DNA from: a virus
Virus record (IMG/VR): IMGVR_UViG_3300033149_006357
Span: 13,080-77,079 of that record
Strand: one strand, 5' to 3'
Length of the DNA stretch: 64,000 bases
Numbering within the stretch: position 1 is the stretch's first letter; each line of letters opens with the position of its first letter. A program made the position numbers and the translations under genes. The notes beneath the pieces were generated by a model, which had not been told where the DNA came from, did no database searches, and saw only the letters and a program-made list of their open reading frames with translations. Of the stretch, positions 55,701-64,000 are shown piece by piece.

Positions 55701-56438
55701 ATGGCAAAGACATTTAGTCAGGCGTATATCGATGGCGGAAGGGGATACGGCAACGAATGCATGCTGGAAAAGCATCCGGAGTGGGGAGGCTGCTGTTGCA
55801 TCTGCGAGTATCATATTGCAGATGGGTCTCACCCAGACACAGATGGTGGTCGCTTTGGGGAAACGCGCGGCTGGATCTGTACGGCGTTTTTCATGCTAGG
55901 GTATGAACACGTTATGTATTCTGGTTGGCCAGACCACGGCATGTGTGAGTTGTTCTGGCCAAAAGAAACACTATCGCTTGAAAAGAAGCCAAAAAAGGAT
56001 GCGATTGTGTACCTTGCCGGCCCGATCTCTGGGATCAGTTACGAAAAGGCCGTTGGGTGGAGGAGGATTGCAACGCAAAGGCTCGCGCCTATCCGGTGCT
56101 TATCGCCAATGCGCGGTAAGACTTACCTTAGCAGCGAAGAGGCCATCGCTGACAGCTACGACACCCCGCTGAGCTGTGCGCGCGGGATACTGACACGCGA
56201 CCACTGGGATGTTTTGCGTTGTGGCGTGGTGCTGGCAAACCTGCTTGGCGCGGAACGCGTCTCTGTTGGGACGGTGTGCGAGATCGCGTGGGCGCACGCG
56301 TACCGAAAACCTGTTGTGCTGGTAATGGAGCCGAATGGAAATCCACATCAACATGCGATGATCGTAGAAATGGCAGGGTTCTGGCTTCAGACACTCGACG
56401 AGGCCATCGACGTGGTAAAAACACTGGTCGGCGATTAG
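55701..56438 (+). CDS. Cys-rich domain fused to a nucleoside 2-deoxyribosyltransferase-like domain
   Basis: VYLAGPI, RD..D, SVGT..EI.WA and KPVV motifs. Confidence 0.8.
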   Translation: MAKTFSQAYIDGGRGYGNECMLEKHPEWGGCCCICEYHIADGSHPDTDGGRFGETRGWICTAFFMLGYEHVMYSGWPDHGMCELFWPKETLSLEKKPKKDAIVYLAGPISGISYEKAVGWRRIATQRLAPIRCLSPMRGKTYLSSEEAIADSYDTPLSCARGILTRDHWDVLRCGVVLANLLGAERVSVGTVCEIAWAHAYRKPVVLVMEPNGNPHQHAMIVEMAGFWLQTLDEAIDVVKTLVGD

Positions 56439-56446
56439 GAGGTAAA

Positions 56447-56647
56447 ATGCGATTCCCTCCGAAAAGGATGCCAGAATACAGGGAAAAACGCGTTGTTAAC
56501 AAATTCTTGTTCTTTCCCAAAATCCTACCGTTGCCGCTGGGTTATCAATCGCAGATGCGATGGCTGGAGGCGTGCAAGATAAAGCAGGTCTGGATCGAAT
56601 GTCCAGATAGTGGCACGTGGATAGATGTCGCATGGGCAGAAAAATAG
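56447..56647 (+). CDS. hypothetical protein
   Basis: AGGAGG RBS; FLFFP...RWLE phage motif. Confidence 0.6.
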   Translation: MRFPPKRMPEYREKRVVNKFLFFPKILPLPLGYQSQMRWLEACKIKQVWIECPDSGTWIDVAWAEK

Positions 56648-56654
56648 CAAACAA

Positions 56655-56759
56655 TCTCTGCGCCGTTCGTGACGTAGGTGGCCGGGCCGTAGGGGCATGC
56701 CGTAAAGTCGCATTGGACTACCGACCAACCAATGCGTGGGCTTGACGGCGGCGCGGAGA
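56655..56759. ncRNA. candidate structured RNA
   Basis: ~15-bp closing stem plus an inner 8-bp hairpin in an intergenic gap. Confidence 0.35.
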
Positions 56760-57124
56760 CTTTAGATATCGTAACTCTAGGGGTGGAGCATGGGTACTCG
56801 TATGTCGCCGCCCTGGGCAGAGCTTGCGTGTTGGAGTGGAAATGGCAGGTGGACGAAGCGCCAACTGTCCAAGGCGAGAAGGAGATTCTGGAGATTGTAC
56901 TGCAGGATAGGGGAACGCGCGTATCGGCACGCCGGTAGCCTTTTGAAGTGGGAAAGCGAGTGTAATTGGAAAGGGTGGTAGCGTGAGTATAAAGCTGAGC
57001 GAGGCAATGCGGAGCATTACGGTCGTTGTGCGCATCAGGCACGCAGGGATGTGGATGGCGAGGCTTTGGCTGGCAAAGCTGCTGTTTTACATTGGGGCAC
57101 GAATTGCGGGGATGGGGGTGGAAT

Positions 57125-57304
57125 TTGAGAATACTGAAGTGTCCGACGTGTAATGGGTCTGGTCAGTACAAATGGTCGCTGCTTGGTAAGATTCAGCGCG
57201 GAGAATGCATGCTGTGCAAGGGCGCTGGCCGTGTCCACGTTTGGGAATGGATAGCGTACTGGACGGTAGATATATTGGATTCCATGTTGTATAGGGGAAA
57301 ATGA
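57125..57304 (+). CDS. DnaJ-type Zn-finger protein
   Basis: CPTCNGSG...CMLCKGAG motifs. Confidence 0.6.
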   Translation: MRILKCPTCNGSGQYKWSLLGKIQRGECMLCKGAGRVHVWEWIAYWTVDILDSMLYRGK

Positions 57305-57351
57305 GATCTAGGACATGTGATACCAACCTGGCCTACTAAAAGGAGACAGAA

Positions 57352-57570
57352 ATGAGTAAACAAAATGATACCAGGCGGAACCTGGCCATGCTAGGGAATG
57401 CGGCCGTTTTGAGATATGCAACATACCGCCTGCGCGATTTGAGCAAGGAAGGAGAAATGGAGCAATGGCTGGCGTATTTGCTCGAACAGATTGAAGCACA
57501 GATGGGGCCAGAAGCGATTGAGCAGATAGGAGCGCTGATAAAAGAGCGAGTGAAAGGCGGAGGGTGGTAA
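57352..57570 (+). CDS. hypothetical protein
   Basis: AAGGAG RBS. Confidence 0.6.
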   Translation: MSKQNDTRRNLAMLGNAAVLRYATYRLRDLSKEGEMEQWLAYLLEQIEAQMGPEAIEQIGALIKERVKGGGW

Positions 57571-57610
57571 TGCAATCTGTATTGTACGCAGTTAATGGGG
57601 AGGAGACGCG

Positions 57611-57832
57611 ATGGTAAAAAGACTACGGTCGGTCGGCGTGTTCCACGAGAAGTACGATACAGTCGTGCGCATAATGCGGCACGGCGAGATCGGCGATCTG
57701 CTCCATACCACCGAGGTCGTGAACCCTGCGAACATCCTGTTGCTCATAGGCGTGATCAACGACATGATGAAGCGCGACCGCGCGCGCGTCGCGCTGCTCA
57801 CCCACGGATATGTCGTGATCGAGCGGCCCTGA
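57611..57832 (+). CDS. hypothetical protein
   Basis: GGAGGAG RBS. Confidence 0.55.
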   Translation: MVKRLRSVGVFHEKYDTVVRIMRHGEIGDLLHTTEVVNPANILLLIGVINDMMKRDRARVALLTHGYVVIERP

Positions 57833-58217
57833 GAGACCTCGCCCGCCGGGCGAGGTCTGGATGCGGGAGTAAGTTGGGGGCGTGCGATACAGGCAGTGCG
57901 ATCGTGAATGGAGAGCATGGTGTTCGACAGAGAAACTTCACGCATGAGCATTAGGAGGTGCCAAAATGCGAGAAACAGAACAATACTGGGTTTCATTCGA
58001 TGGTCCTGAGTTGGATACTGCGATAGAATATTTTGCATATGATGCCGAGGACGCCGCCGGGCTCGCCGTCGTGGATCGGATATGGGGTGGCGGCTTTGTA
58101 TATGTGGACATCTGGGTATACGATGGTCATGAATGGCATCGTTTCCCTGCATGCACGCCTGAATATGCCGCGCGATTGAAGGAGAGAGATAATGAGACCC
58201 TGCGAACATCCTGTTGC
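57723..58217 (+). repeat. 21-bp exact direct repeat pair
   Basis: ACCCTGCGAACATCCTGTTGC at 57723-57743 and 58197-58217. Confidence 0.85.
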
Positions 58218-58250
58218 AAACGCCAGCAGTGGTACGGTTCGTGTCAGTAG
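57966..58250 (+). CDS. hypothetical protein (paralog of 58380..58667)
   Basis: AGGAGG RBS; GP.LD...DAA...VYDG.EW shared with the paralog. Confidence 0.6.
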   Translation: MRETEQYWVSFDGPELDTAIEYFAYDAEDAAGLAVVDRIWGGGFVYVDIWVYDGHEWHRFPACTPEYAARLKERDNETLRTSCCKRQQWYGSCQ

Positions 58251-58432
58251 AGCCAATGTTGAGCCATATTGATATGTCAATGTGGCTAGGGAGCTGTCCA
58301 GAATGCGGAGAGAGCGGCTATACTATGATGAGGCTCGGCAGGAAAGATGCTGGGCGTGAATTGGATGGGAGGATATGGGATGAGTACCCAGATGTTGAGG
58401 GAATACAAGGTTTCTCCTGGCCCTACCCTTGA
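58214..58432 (+). pseudogene. DUF5131 (gp37/gp68-like) remnant
   Basis: TPAVVRFVSVEPML and AGRELDGRIWDEYP retained; the rest of the family length is missing. Confidence 0.65.
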
Positions 58433-58667
58433 CGGGGCAGAAGATTGGGTCGCTTGGGATATCAAGGATGCCGCAAAGATGGCAGCTTGTGGATGGACGG
58501 ACGTACTGTTGAAACAGGACACGCATGGCGTCTACGTGTATGAGCATGACGTTTATGTGTATGATGGTGTGGAATGGCGTCATCTTGTGGTAGTAGTTTT
58601 TGCCCTGCCAGAGTTTTGGGATGTGGAGGTGTATGATGATCAAACCGCGAGAGCAACCGCATCGTAA
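58380..58667 (+). CDS. hypothetical protein (paralog of 57966..58250)
   Basis: GPTLD...DAA...VYDGVEW. Confidence 0.55.
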   Translation: MSTQMLREYKVSPGPTLDGAEDWVAWDIKDAAKMAACGWTDVLLKQDTHGVYVYEHDVYVYDGVEWRHLVVVVFALPEFWDVEVYDDQTARATAS

Positions 58668-59039
58668 GCGGGGGTACAAGCGACGATGGCATGGACAACT
58701 CACCACTTGTCACTACACGACCTGTCCCCAGTGTGGGGCCGAGGAGGCCATCGGCAGCAGGTTCGGCATTATCTGTCATGCCTGCGGCATGGAGGCTAAC
58801 GCTGTATGTCCAGACTATCGATTGGGATTGTCAAGAACACGATAGAGAGGATCGATGAAATCGCCGCTCTATAATAACTTATGGTTCTTGCCTTTTGTGA
58901 CGGTTAGGGTAACAAAGGTAGATTGGATTAACAAGTGAAATAGGATGAAAATGTGGTAAAGCAGCTTAATTGGTCGTAGTCGAGCATATGTCATCGGGCG
59001 GCTGTCTCTAAGAAGCCACCATGAAGAAAGGGAAGACTA

Positions 59040-59345
59040 ATGGCATACTCAGAATGGGGCGGATGGGCATGGGTGAATAATCGACTCAGATGGGATCTGT
59101 GCGATATCAGGCTGCCGAACAGCAGCATGACGTATCATGTTATCGTTGGGGATCGGAATAGTGGATTTATCGTGTGCCTGCGCGAGAATCGGATCGGTGC
59201 AATTCTGGACTCCAAAACACTTGAGCCAGTGGATCGTGAGGATGACGTCTACGTTAAGATTACGGATGACCGTAAGTGGGAGGGCGTATCTGGTTTCATG
59301 ATGGGCGAGAGGTGGGAGTACCCAATGTGGGTGGAAAGTGAGTAG
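59040..59345 (+). CDS. hypothetical protein (paralog of 60904..61293)
   Basis: MAYSEWGGW...DLCD...YH.IVGDRNSG. Confidence 0.65.
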   Translation: MAYSEWGGWAWVNNRLRWDLCDIRLPNSSMTYHVIVGDRNSGFIVCLRENRIGAILDSKTLEPVDREDDVYVKITDDRKWEGVSGFMMGERWEYPMWVESE

Positions 59346-59712
59346 ATTGCATAGTACTATAAGGTTAACCTCTGAAAGGGAAGGATGAGATGCGTTGTCC
59401 ATATTGTGCAAGGAAGATGGAGATATCGATACAAAAGATACCTCCGGCATCTGCTAGAATCTCATTCATTTGCAAGCACTGTAACCGAATGTGGAAAGAG
59501 CAAGTATGGAAAGAGGAACCCGACTGGTTTCTTGAAACCGACATAAATACCTGAGTTAGAAAAGGAGGACAAAATGCACACTATCTGTATTCCCCTTGGC
59601 GCTGGCTTGATAGCGGCTGCAGGATTTTGGCAATTGCTTAAAGCATTCGCAAAATGGGCGTCACGGGACTAAAGTGGATATCTCTTAATAGGCTATTTGA
59701 AGGGAGACAACA

Positions 59713-59922
59713 ATGCCCGATCTTTGTCCGAAATGTAACGAAACATCGGAGGTAGTTACATCCTATACTCAACCGCGCTGGGCGGGTCGGCGCATTGGCC
59801 TGGAGACTTTGGTTTGCCCGAAATGTGGTCTATTGGATGTCGGCAATTGGTGGTGGGAGGAGATGTGCTACGAAGATGGGGGCTGGTATTGGAAAAAGTC
59901 GGGGCTGGTTAGCGTAGAATGA
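59713..59922 (+). CDS. small Zn-ribbon protein
   Basis: Two CPKC motifs. Confidence 0.6.
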   Translation: MPDLCPKCNETSEVVTSYTQPRWAGRRIGLETLVCPKCGLLDVGNWWWEEMCYEDGGWYWKKSGLVSVE

Positions 59923-60067
59923 TCTTGCCCCACGGAAATAGGGACATCTGTGCGGAAAGGTTTTTGCGATGGCAACATATCTTTGGCTTCAGGTTACTAT
60001 TCCACTTACTCTACTCCTCATCCTGGCACTAATACTAAAAAGAAGCCATAAGTGATTTGGCTTTATT

Positions 60068-60140
60068 GCTGGCGTAGCTTAACTGGTAGAGCATCCGTCT
60101 TGTAAGCGGATAGGTAGAGGTTCAACTCCTCTCGCCAGCT
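60068..60140 (+). tRNA. trnT: tRNA-Thr(UGU), CCA not encoded
   Basis: Acceptor GCTGGCG/CGCCAGC, D-arm, anticodon arm TCCGT-CTTGTAA-GCGGA, T-loop GGTTCAAC. Confidence 0.92.
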
Positions 60141-60182
60141 TGGAGGGCAGTAGTGCGAAAGATTAGGATTTAGGAGGTGACC

Positions 60183-60548
60183 ATGAGCGTAATAACAGCC
60201 GGAGGCGGATTCGGGAAGATCTTTATACTTTTCCTGATCATCGGGCTTGTGCTGCTTGCACTCGTTGCGCTTGCGATGCCAACACAAGCCCCGGACGTGC
60301 GTAAGATTAAATACCGCCCACACGCAGTGGAGCGGCATGGAGCAGACGCAATAACTGCCCGTCAGCAGGTCGAGGATTGTGGATTTACCCGCTTGCGGTC
60401 CAAGTTCTGTTTGAAAGGAGATAAGATAACAGTTGTGTATTGGTGTGAGACGGGGAAGACTCTGTGTCCCGGCATGTACGTTACGATCGGGGGCATAGAG
60501 AAGACATCATTCTTTCAAGCATGTGAGCGGTGGAGGAAGTGCAAATGA
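60183..60548 (+). CDS. membrane-anchored Cys-containing protein
   Basis: N-terminal TM segment, HAVERHG motif and 6 Cys. Confidence 0.6.
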   Translation: MSVITAGGGFGKIFILFLIIGLVLLALVALAMPTQAPDVRKIKYRPHAVERHGADAITARQQVEDCGFTRLRSKFCLKGDKITVVYWCETGKTLCPGMYVTIGGIEKTSFFQACERWRKCK

Positions 60549-60757
60549 ATGTCTACGACAAACTGATCTCTGGGGAGACGGTCTCTGGAGAAGATGCGGT
60601 TAAAATTCTACAGGATGGGCTAGAGCGGCCAGCGGTGGCGGCGATCGAACTTGCCCTTGCGTGGCTGAGGAAAGATGACATTGCCTCTGCAACGAAAGTG
60701 CTCCAACAGCTAGTAGAGATATTGGAAGAAGATGGCAGGGATGTAGAATGGAAGTAA
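60545..60757 (+). CDS. hypothetical protein
   Basis: ATGA overlap with the upstream gene; GGAGG RBS. Confidence 0.55.
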   Translation: MNVYDKLISGETVSGEDAVKILQDGLERPAVAAIELALAWLRKDDIASATKVLQQLVEILEEDGRDVEWK

Positions 60758-60903
60758 GACTTGCGCTCGCGATTGTAGTGCTTGTGTTGTCATGTGTCGT
60801 ATTAGTAGATTACCGATCTTAGCTATTGTAGCGACAGATCTGCCGCGGGGCCAAGTTTGGGCGAGAGGCGGGGATACCTAATAGAAAGTGAGTAGAGATT
60901 GCG

Positions 60904-61293
60904 ATGGCGTACTCGAACTGGGGTGGATGGGTTTGGGCGGACGGAGTGTTGAGAGAGGACTTGTGTGACAATACGCCAGTGCGGGCGGTCGGCGGAGAAG
61001 AATACGAAGCGTGGGCCTTGCATTTTACCAGGCAACATGGAGATGAGCCATCTCGTCAACTGTATCACGCTGTGGTTGGGGATAGAAATAGTGGAATTGT
61101 GGTGTGTTTGTACAAGAGCCGTATCGGTGCAATATTGGATTCGGAGACGTTGAGGCCGGTAGAATACGAAGATCTGCGCGTTGTCGAAGGCGAGAACAAC
61201 ATCCTTGTCTCATTCGTAGATCGGCTTGGCAGAAAATGGAAAGGCATCTCTGGCTTCGAGATCGGAAGGGGATGGGAAGATCCACCGGCGTAG
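60904..61293 (+). CDS. hypothetical protein (paralog of 59040..59345)
   Basis: MAYSNWGGW...DLCD...YHAVVGDRNSG. Confidence 0.65.
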   Translation: MAYSNWGGWVWADGVLREDLCDNTPVRAVGGEEYEAWALHFTRQHGDEPSRQLYHAVVGDRNSGIVVCLYKSRIGAILDSETLRPVEYEDLRVVEGENNILVSFVDRLGRKWKGISGFEIGRGWEDPPA

Positions 61294-61331
61294 CTCAACG
61301 GTAGGGCATCTGACTTATAGCTAGTTCGATT
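61284..61331 (+). pseudogene. internally deleted tRNA remnant
   Basis: CCGGCG-TAGCTCAACGGTAGGGC-ATCTGACTTATA then GTTCGATT; 3' anticodon stem and 3' acceptor strand are missing. Confidence 0.6.
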
Positions 61332-61333
61332 AT

Positions 61334-61405
61334 GAGTGCGTAGTTCAATTGGTAGAACAGCGGTCTCCAAAACCGCCGATCCCAGTTCAAGTCTGGGCGC
61401 ACTTG
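61334..61405 (+). tRNA. trnW: tRNA-Trp(CCA), CCA end not encoded
   Basis: Acceptor GAGTGCG/CGCACTT, anticodon arm GCGGT-CTCCAAA-ACCGC, T-arm CCCAG-TTCAAGT-CTGGG. Confidence 0.92.
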
Positions 61406-61583
61406 TAATTTTGCAAAGCATGGATGGATTGGAATGGTTGATTGGAATCTTGTCGAAGCGCTTGGCCTTAGCATAATAGCGATTTTCATCGTGATGGCGA
61501 TCATTATGATCGTGTTGGAGTTTAGGAAATGAAAGCCATTGCCGGTCATGATATCTGGCTTCTGAAAAGAAAAGAGAGGGACA

Positions 61584-61841
61584 ATGGTAAAAATTGACGG
61601 GAACATCGATCTGAGTACTGGACGCTGGAATACACATAGCCAACCAAGCCCAGGGAGAATAAGAAAACTTCTGAGACGGCTGCCAATCAAGACCGCCATC
61701 GCAGATTACGACGAATTGCATATCGAGTTTGAGCGCCCGCTTACTGGCGCAGAAGGGTACTACTTGGCCATGAATTTTGGTCACGACATGCCGGAGATCG
61801 TCGAAGATCCGGTTACAAAGATCGCTTTGTGGTGGGACTGA
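61584..61841 (+). CDS. hypothetical protein (C-terminal LWWD)
   Basis: Purine-rich RBS. Confidence 0.55.
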   Translation: MVKIDGNIDLSTGRWNTHSQPSPGRIRKLLRRLPIKTAIADYDELHIEFERPLTGAEGYYLAMNFGHDMPEIVEDPVTKIALWWD

Positions 61842-61842
61842 G

Positions 61843-61929
61843 ATGAGAAACCTGGATGTAAAGATCGCAAAGACAGCGCCAATGGCGATCTGCCTCGCGG
61901 TTCTTAAGGCTGTCGAAAATGAAATGTAG
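61843..61929 (+). pseudogene. miniature ABA-sandwich remnant
   Basis: MRNLDVKIA joined directly to KTAPMAICLAVLKAV. Confidence 0.5.
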
Positions 61930-62623
61930 GCCAATACTTTTTGGCGCGGAGATGATACGTGCCATTCTCGACAAAAGGAAAACACAGACGCGCAGGCCCA
62001 TTAAACCTCAGCCGGTCCGCCCCTATTCCTGGGGCGATCTATGGGTGGTGAAAACTGAGGGCAAGCCGAGTAGCATGGCGATGATCAACGCCACAGATGA
62101 GGATGTGCGGCATTGGTGCATGCGCTGGCCTACATGTCCGCAAATCGGGGATCGGTTTTGGGTGCGGGAGACGTGGGCGGTGCTGGCCTTTTATCCGGAC
62201 ATTCGCTCGGTTGGTGTGGCATATCGGGCCGATGGCGAATTTGGCCCCGCCACTGTTGTGCATCTATGTAAAGTGCCAAAGACCGTATTTTGGGACAAGG
62301 CAATACGTTATCTAGATCGTCGCTGGCGTCCGTCTATCCACATGCCGCGTTGGATTTCACGCATTACACTGGAGGTTGCGGGCGTGCGCGTGGAAAGATT
62401 GCAAGAGATTACGCAAGAGGATGCACGGGCTGAGGGCGCAGAGCCAGAAATGCACGATTCTGGCGGGTTTGAGCCATGGGGCGCTCCGTGCCCGGAGGTG
62501 CCGGATTATATAGCAGGATTTGCAAGTCTCTGGGACTCCATTTATGCAAAAAGGGGATTAGGTTGGGATACAAACCCTTGGGTGCGGGCAATCAAGTTCA
62601 GGAGAATAGATTCGTGCGCATAG
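61919..62623 (+). CDS. ASCH/PUA-like phage protein
   Basis: RPILF..EMIRAIL..RKTQTRR, GD..WVRET, WRPSIHMPRW and W..NPWV motifs. Confidence 0.8.
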   Translation: MKCRPILFGAEMIRAILDKRKTQTRRPIKPQPVRPYSWGDLWVVKTEGKPSSMAMINATDEDVRHWCMRWPTCPQIGDRFWVRETWAVLAFYPDIRSVGVAYRADGEFGPATVVHLCKVPKTVFWDKAIRYLDRRWRPSIHMPRWISRITLEVAGVRVERLQEITQEDARAEGAEPEMHDSGGFEPWGAPCPEVPDYIAGFASLWDSIYAKRGLGWDTNPWVRAIKFRRIDSCA

Positions 62624-62746
62624 CGTTTGTAATCGCGATCTTGGTGGAAATGGCCATCGTTATCGCAATTGGACGTGGCGTGCATTACCTTGTCCCGTTC
62701 GGAGTAGTGGTCGGGATCGTTGCGGTTATGTTCGGTATAATAGGGT

Positions 62747-62941
62747 ATGACGATGAAGTACGATGATATTGATTTCAAGCTGGCATGGATGGATTTTGGA
62801 AACGCACTTACTGTCTGGTCGCACCTGAACGGTGACGCACGCACCGAGACAGTACGCACTATAGTGTATCACATCGTAAAAACGTTCGGAGGTCTAGCCA
62901 TCGAGATGTTTCGAGAGCAGATCGATGAATACGACAAATAA
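62747..62941 (+). CDS. hypothetical protein
   Basis: ORF in a co-directional array. Confidence 0.5.
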   Translation: MTMKYDDIDFKLAWMDFGNALTVWSHLNGDARTETVRTIVYHIVKTFGGLAIEMFREQIDEYDK

Positions 62942-63023
62942 CGGGTTGGTAATCAGATGCAGGACATGTCTGCATGGTCCGCGCGGGTATCGTTTTGAGC
63001 GCATTGTTGAAAGGAGGCGCACG

Positions 63024-63434
63024 ATGCATGCGAATTACAGGGATATCATTGGCAAGCTCGGCGAGCCACGGTGGTGGGATGAACATGCCGTACCCCGGTA
63101 CTGTGAATTCTCGCCAGATCGGGTGGCTAACATCTATGCCACAGAGGTCGCGTTAGCGGAAATCGCGTGCCAAAGCTGTGGCCATCGCTTCCGTGTGGCA
63201 TTCTCCTGGTCGCAGTCGGCCTGGATCAATTACCAGATTCCACGTCTAAGCGAGATCTTGTGCTCCTATGGCGAGCTGGATTACGGAGATCCGCCTAACT
63301 TGCCATGTTGTCCGGCCGGGCCGACCATGATGAGCGATCCGGTGGGTGTGATAGAGTTCTGGAAAAGGGACGGGACAACCAAGTACGAATGGAAACGGGA
63401 CAAGACGTTGGAGGGCGTAGCCCCGCTGAGGTGA
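63024..63434 (+). CDS. conserved phage hypothetical protein
   Basis: AAGGAGG RBS; P.WWDE..VPRY, CQSC and YGDPP motifs. Confidence 0.65.
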   Translation: MHANYRDIIGKLGEPRWWDEHAVPRYCEFSPDRVANIYATEVALAEIACQSCGHRFRVAFSWSQSAWINYQIPRLSEILCSYGELDYGDPPNLPCCPAGPTMMSDPVGVIEFWKRDGTTKYEWKRDKTLEGVAPLR

Positions 63435-63436
63435 TC

Positions 63437-64000
63437 ATGGCCGAGCTGTATCTTAGAAACGAAAAAGCGATGGTCTGGTGTGGCGATTGCAGGGATGTGC
63501 TCAAAGAATTGCCGGAAAACAGCGTGCATTGTGTAATTACGTCTCCGCCCTATTGGGGGCTGAGAGATTATGGAATAGAGCCAGGTGTGTGGGAAACCCC
63601 TGAGGCATTGGCATATAGGCGAGAATCGGGGGATTGGTACTCGCAATGTGACCATGAATGGGGAGAAGAGCTTAAAAGGGCTGCAAAGGTCACGCATGGA
63701 CAGGGCAAATCCACGCTCACCGGAGGGCGCAACTCTTGGGGGAACAGAGACGGCGGATCTCAGGGGCAATTTTGCCAGGTGTGCGGAGCATGGAAAGGGC
63801 AACTTGGATTGGAGCCGACGCCCGGGTTGTACGTGCAGCATTTGGTTGAGGTATTCCGTGAGGTTCTGCGAGTGCTGAGAGATGACGGGACACTTTGGCT
63901 GAACCTGGGATCGTCCTATGCCGGTAGTGGCAAAGGGATGTCCAGGAACGGACCTTCTCACGGTCCAAAGCAACGCACAAATCGTGGAAGCGTGAACCTG
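63437..64000 (+). CDS. DNA methyltransferase (beta class, SPPY), 3'-truncated by the window edge
   Basis: Not in the ORF track. Reads MAELY...GDCRDVL...VHCVITSPPYWGLRDY...QLGLE...RVLRDDGTLWLNLG. Confidence 0.9.
   Translation, partial: MAELYLRNEKAMVWCGDCRDVLKELPENSVHCVITSPPYWGLRDYGIEPGVWETPEALAYRRESGDWYSQCDHEWGEELKRAAKVTHGQGKSTLTGGRNSWGNRDGGSQGQFCQVCGAWKGQLGLEPTPGLYVQHLVEVFREVLRVLRDDGTLWLNLGSSYAGSGKGMSRNGPSHGPKQRTNRGSVNL

Noticed and set aside
58960-59020. AGCTTAATTGGT D-loop-like sequence suggesting another tRNA
   Set aside because: No anticodon arm, T-loop or acceptor pairing follows.
61065-61985. 306-aa minus-strand ORF
   Set aside because: Runs antisense across tRNA-Trp and several + strand genes; spurious.
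1-64000. CRISPR array, diversity-generating retroelement, integrase or transposase, intein or intron
   Set aside because: I saw no regularly spaced repeats, reverse-transcriptase motifs, recombinase/transposase motifs or splicing motifs. TerL, portal and MCP appear uninterrupted.
1-64000. Stop-codon reassignment
   Set aside because: Long genes are intact in the standard code, all three stops terminate genes, and no suppressor tRNA is present.

Overview
The window is 64 kb of a tailed dsDNA phage (or prophage) genome with siphovirus-like organisation. No integrase, DNA polymerase, primase/helicase, rRNA or CRISPR array is visible. (i) 1-7.7 kb, + strand: a compact ubiquitin-like conjugation operon (Ubl C-terminus, E2-like protein with a Cys-rich tail, JAB peptidase, ThiF/E1). 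It is followed by an Mre11/SbcD nuclease, a beta-clamp-like protein, a possible annealase and a DNA methyltransferase. (ii) 7.7-47.2 kb, - strand, the late block: terminases, Mu-type portal, two proteins carrying three 'LANPYHDxxG[RK]FT' + zincin modules, a 7 kb glycosyltransferase/methyltransferase/sulfatase-like cluster, accessory virion proteins, Mu-type protease, capsid, neck, tail tube, frameshifting chaperones, a 1674-aa tape measure protein, tail tip and fibre proteins, a lipoprotein and a metallophosphoesterase. (iii) A divergent sigma70 promoter region containing a ~480-nt structured leader. (iv) 47.9-64 kb, + strand: SSBs, RuvC, LexA-like HTH, Dam, a GH-like TIM-barrel protein, tRNA-Thr and tRNA-Trp, many small duplicated or internally deleted genes, and a third MTase cut by the window edge. 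Two proteins resemble families I associate with Chloroflexota, so that host is an inference only. The strongest candidates for an undescribed system are the phage-encoded Ubl/E2/JAB/E1 operon and the motif-tagged zincin proteins next to the portal. All calls come from motif recognition by eye; no searches were run.
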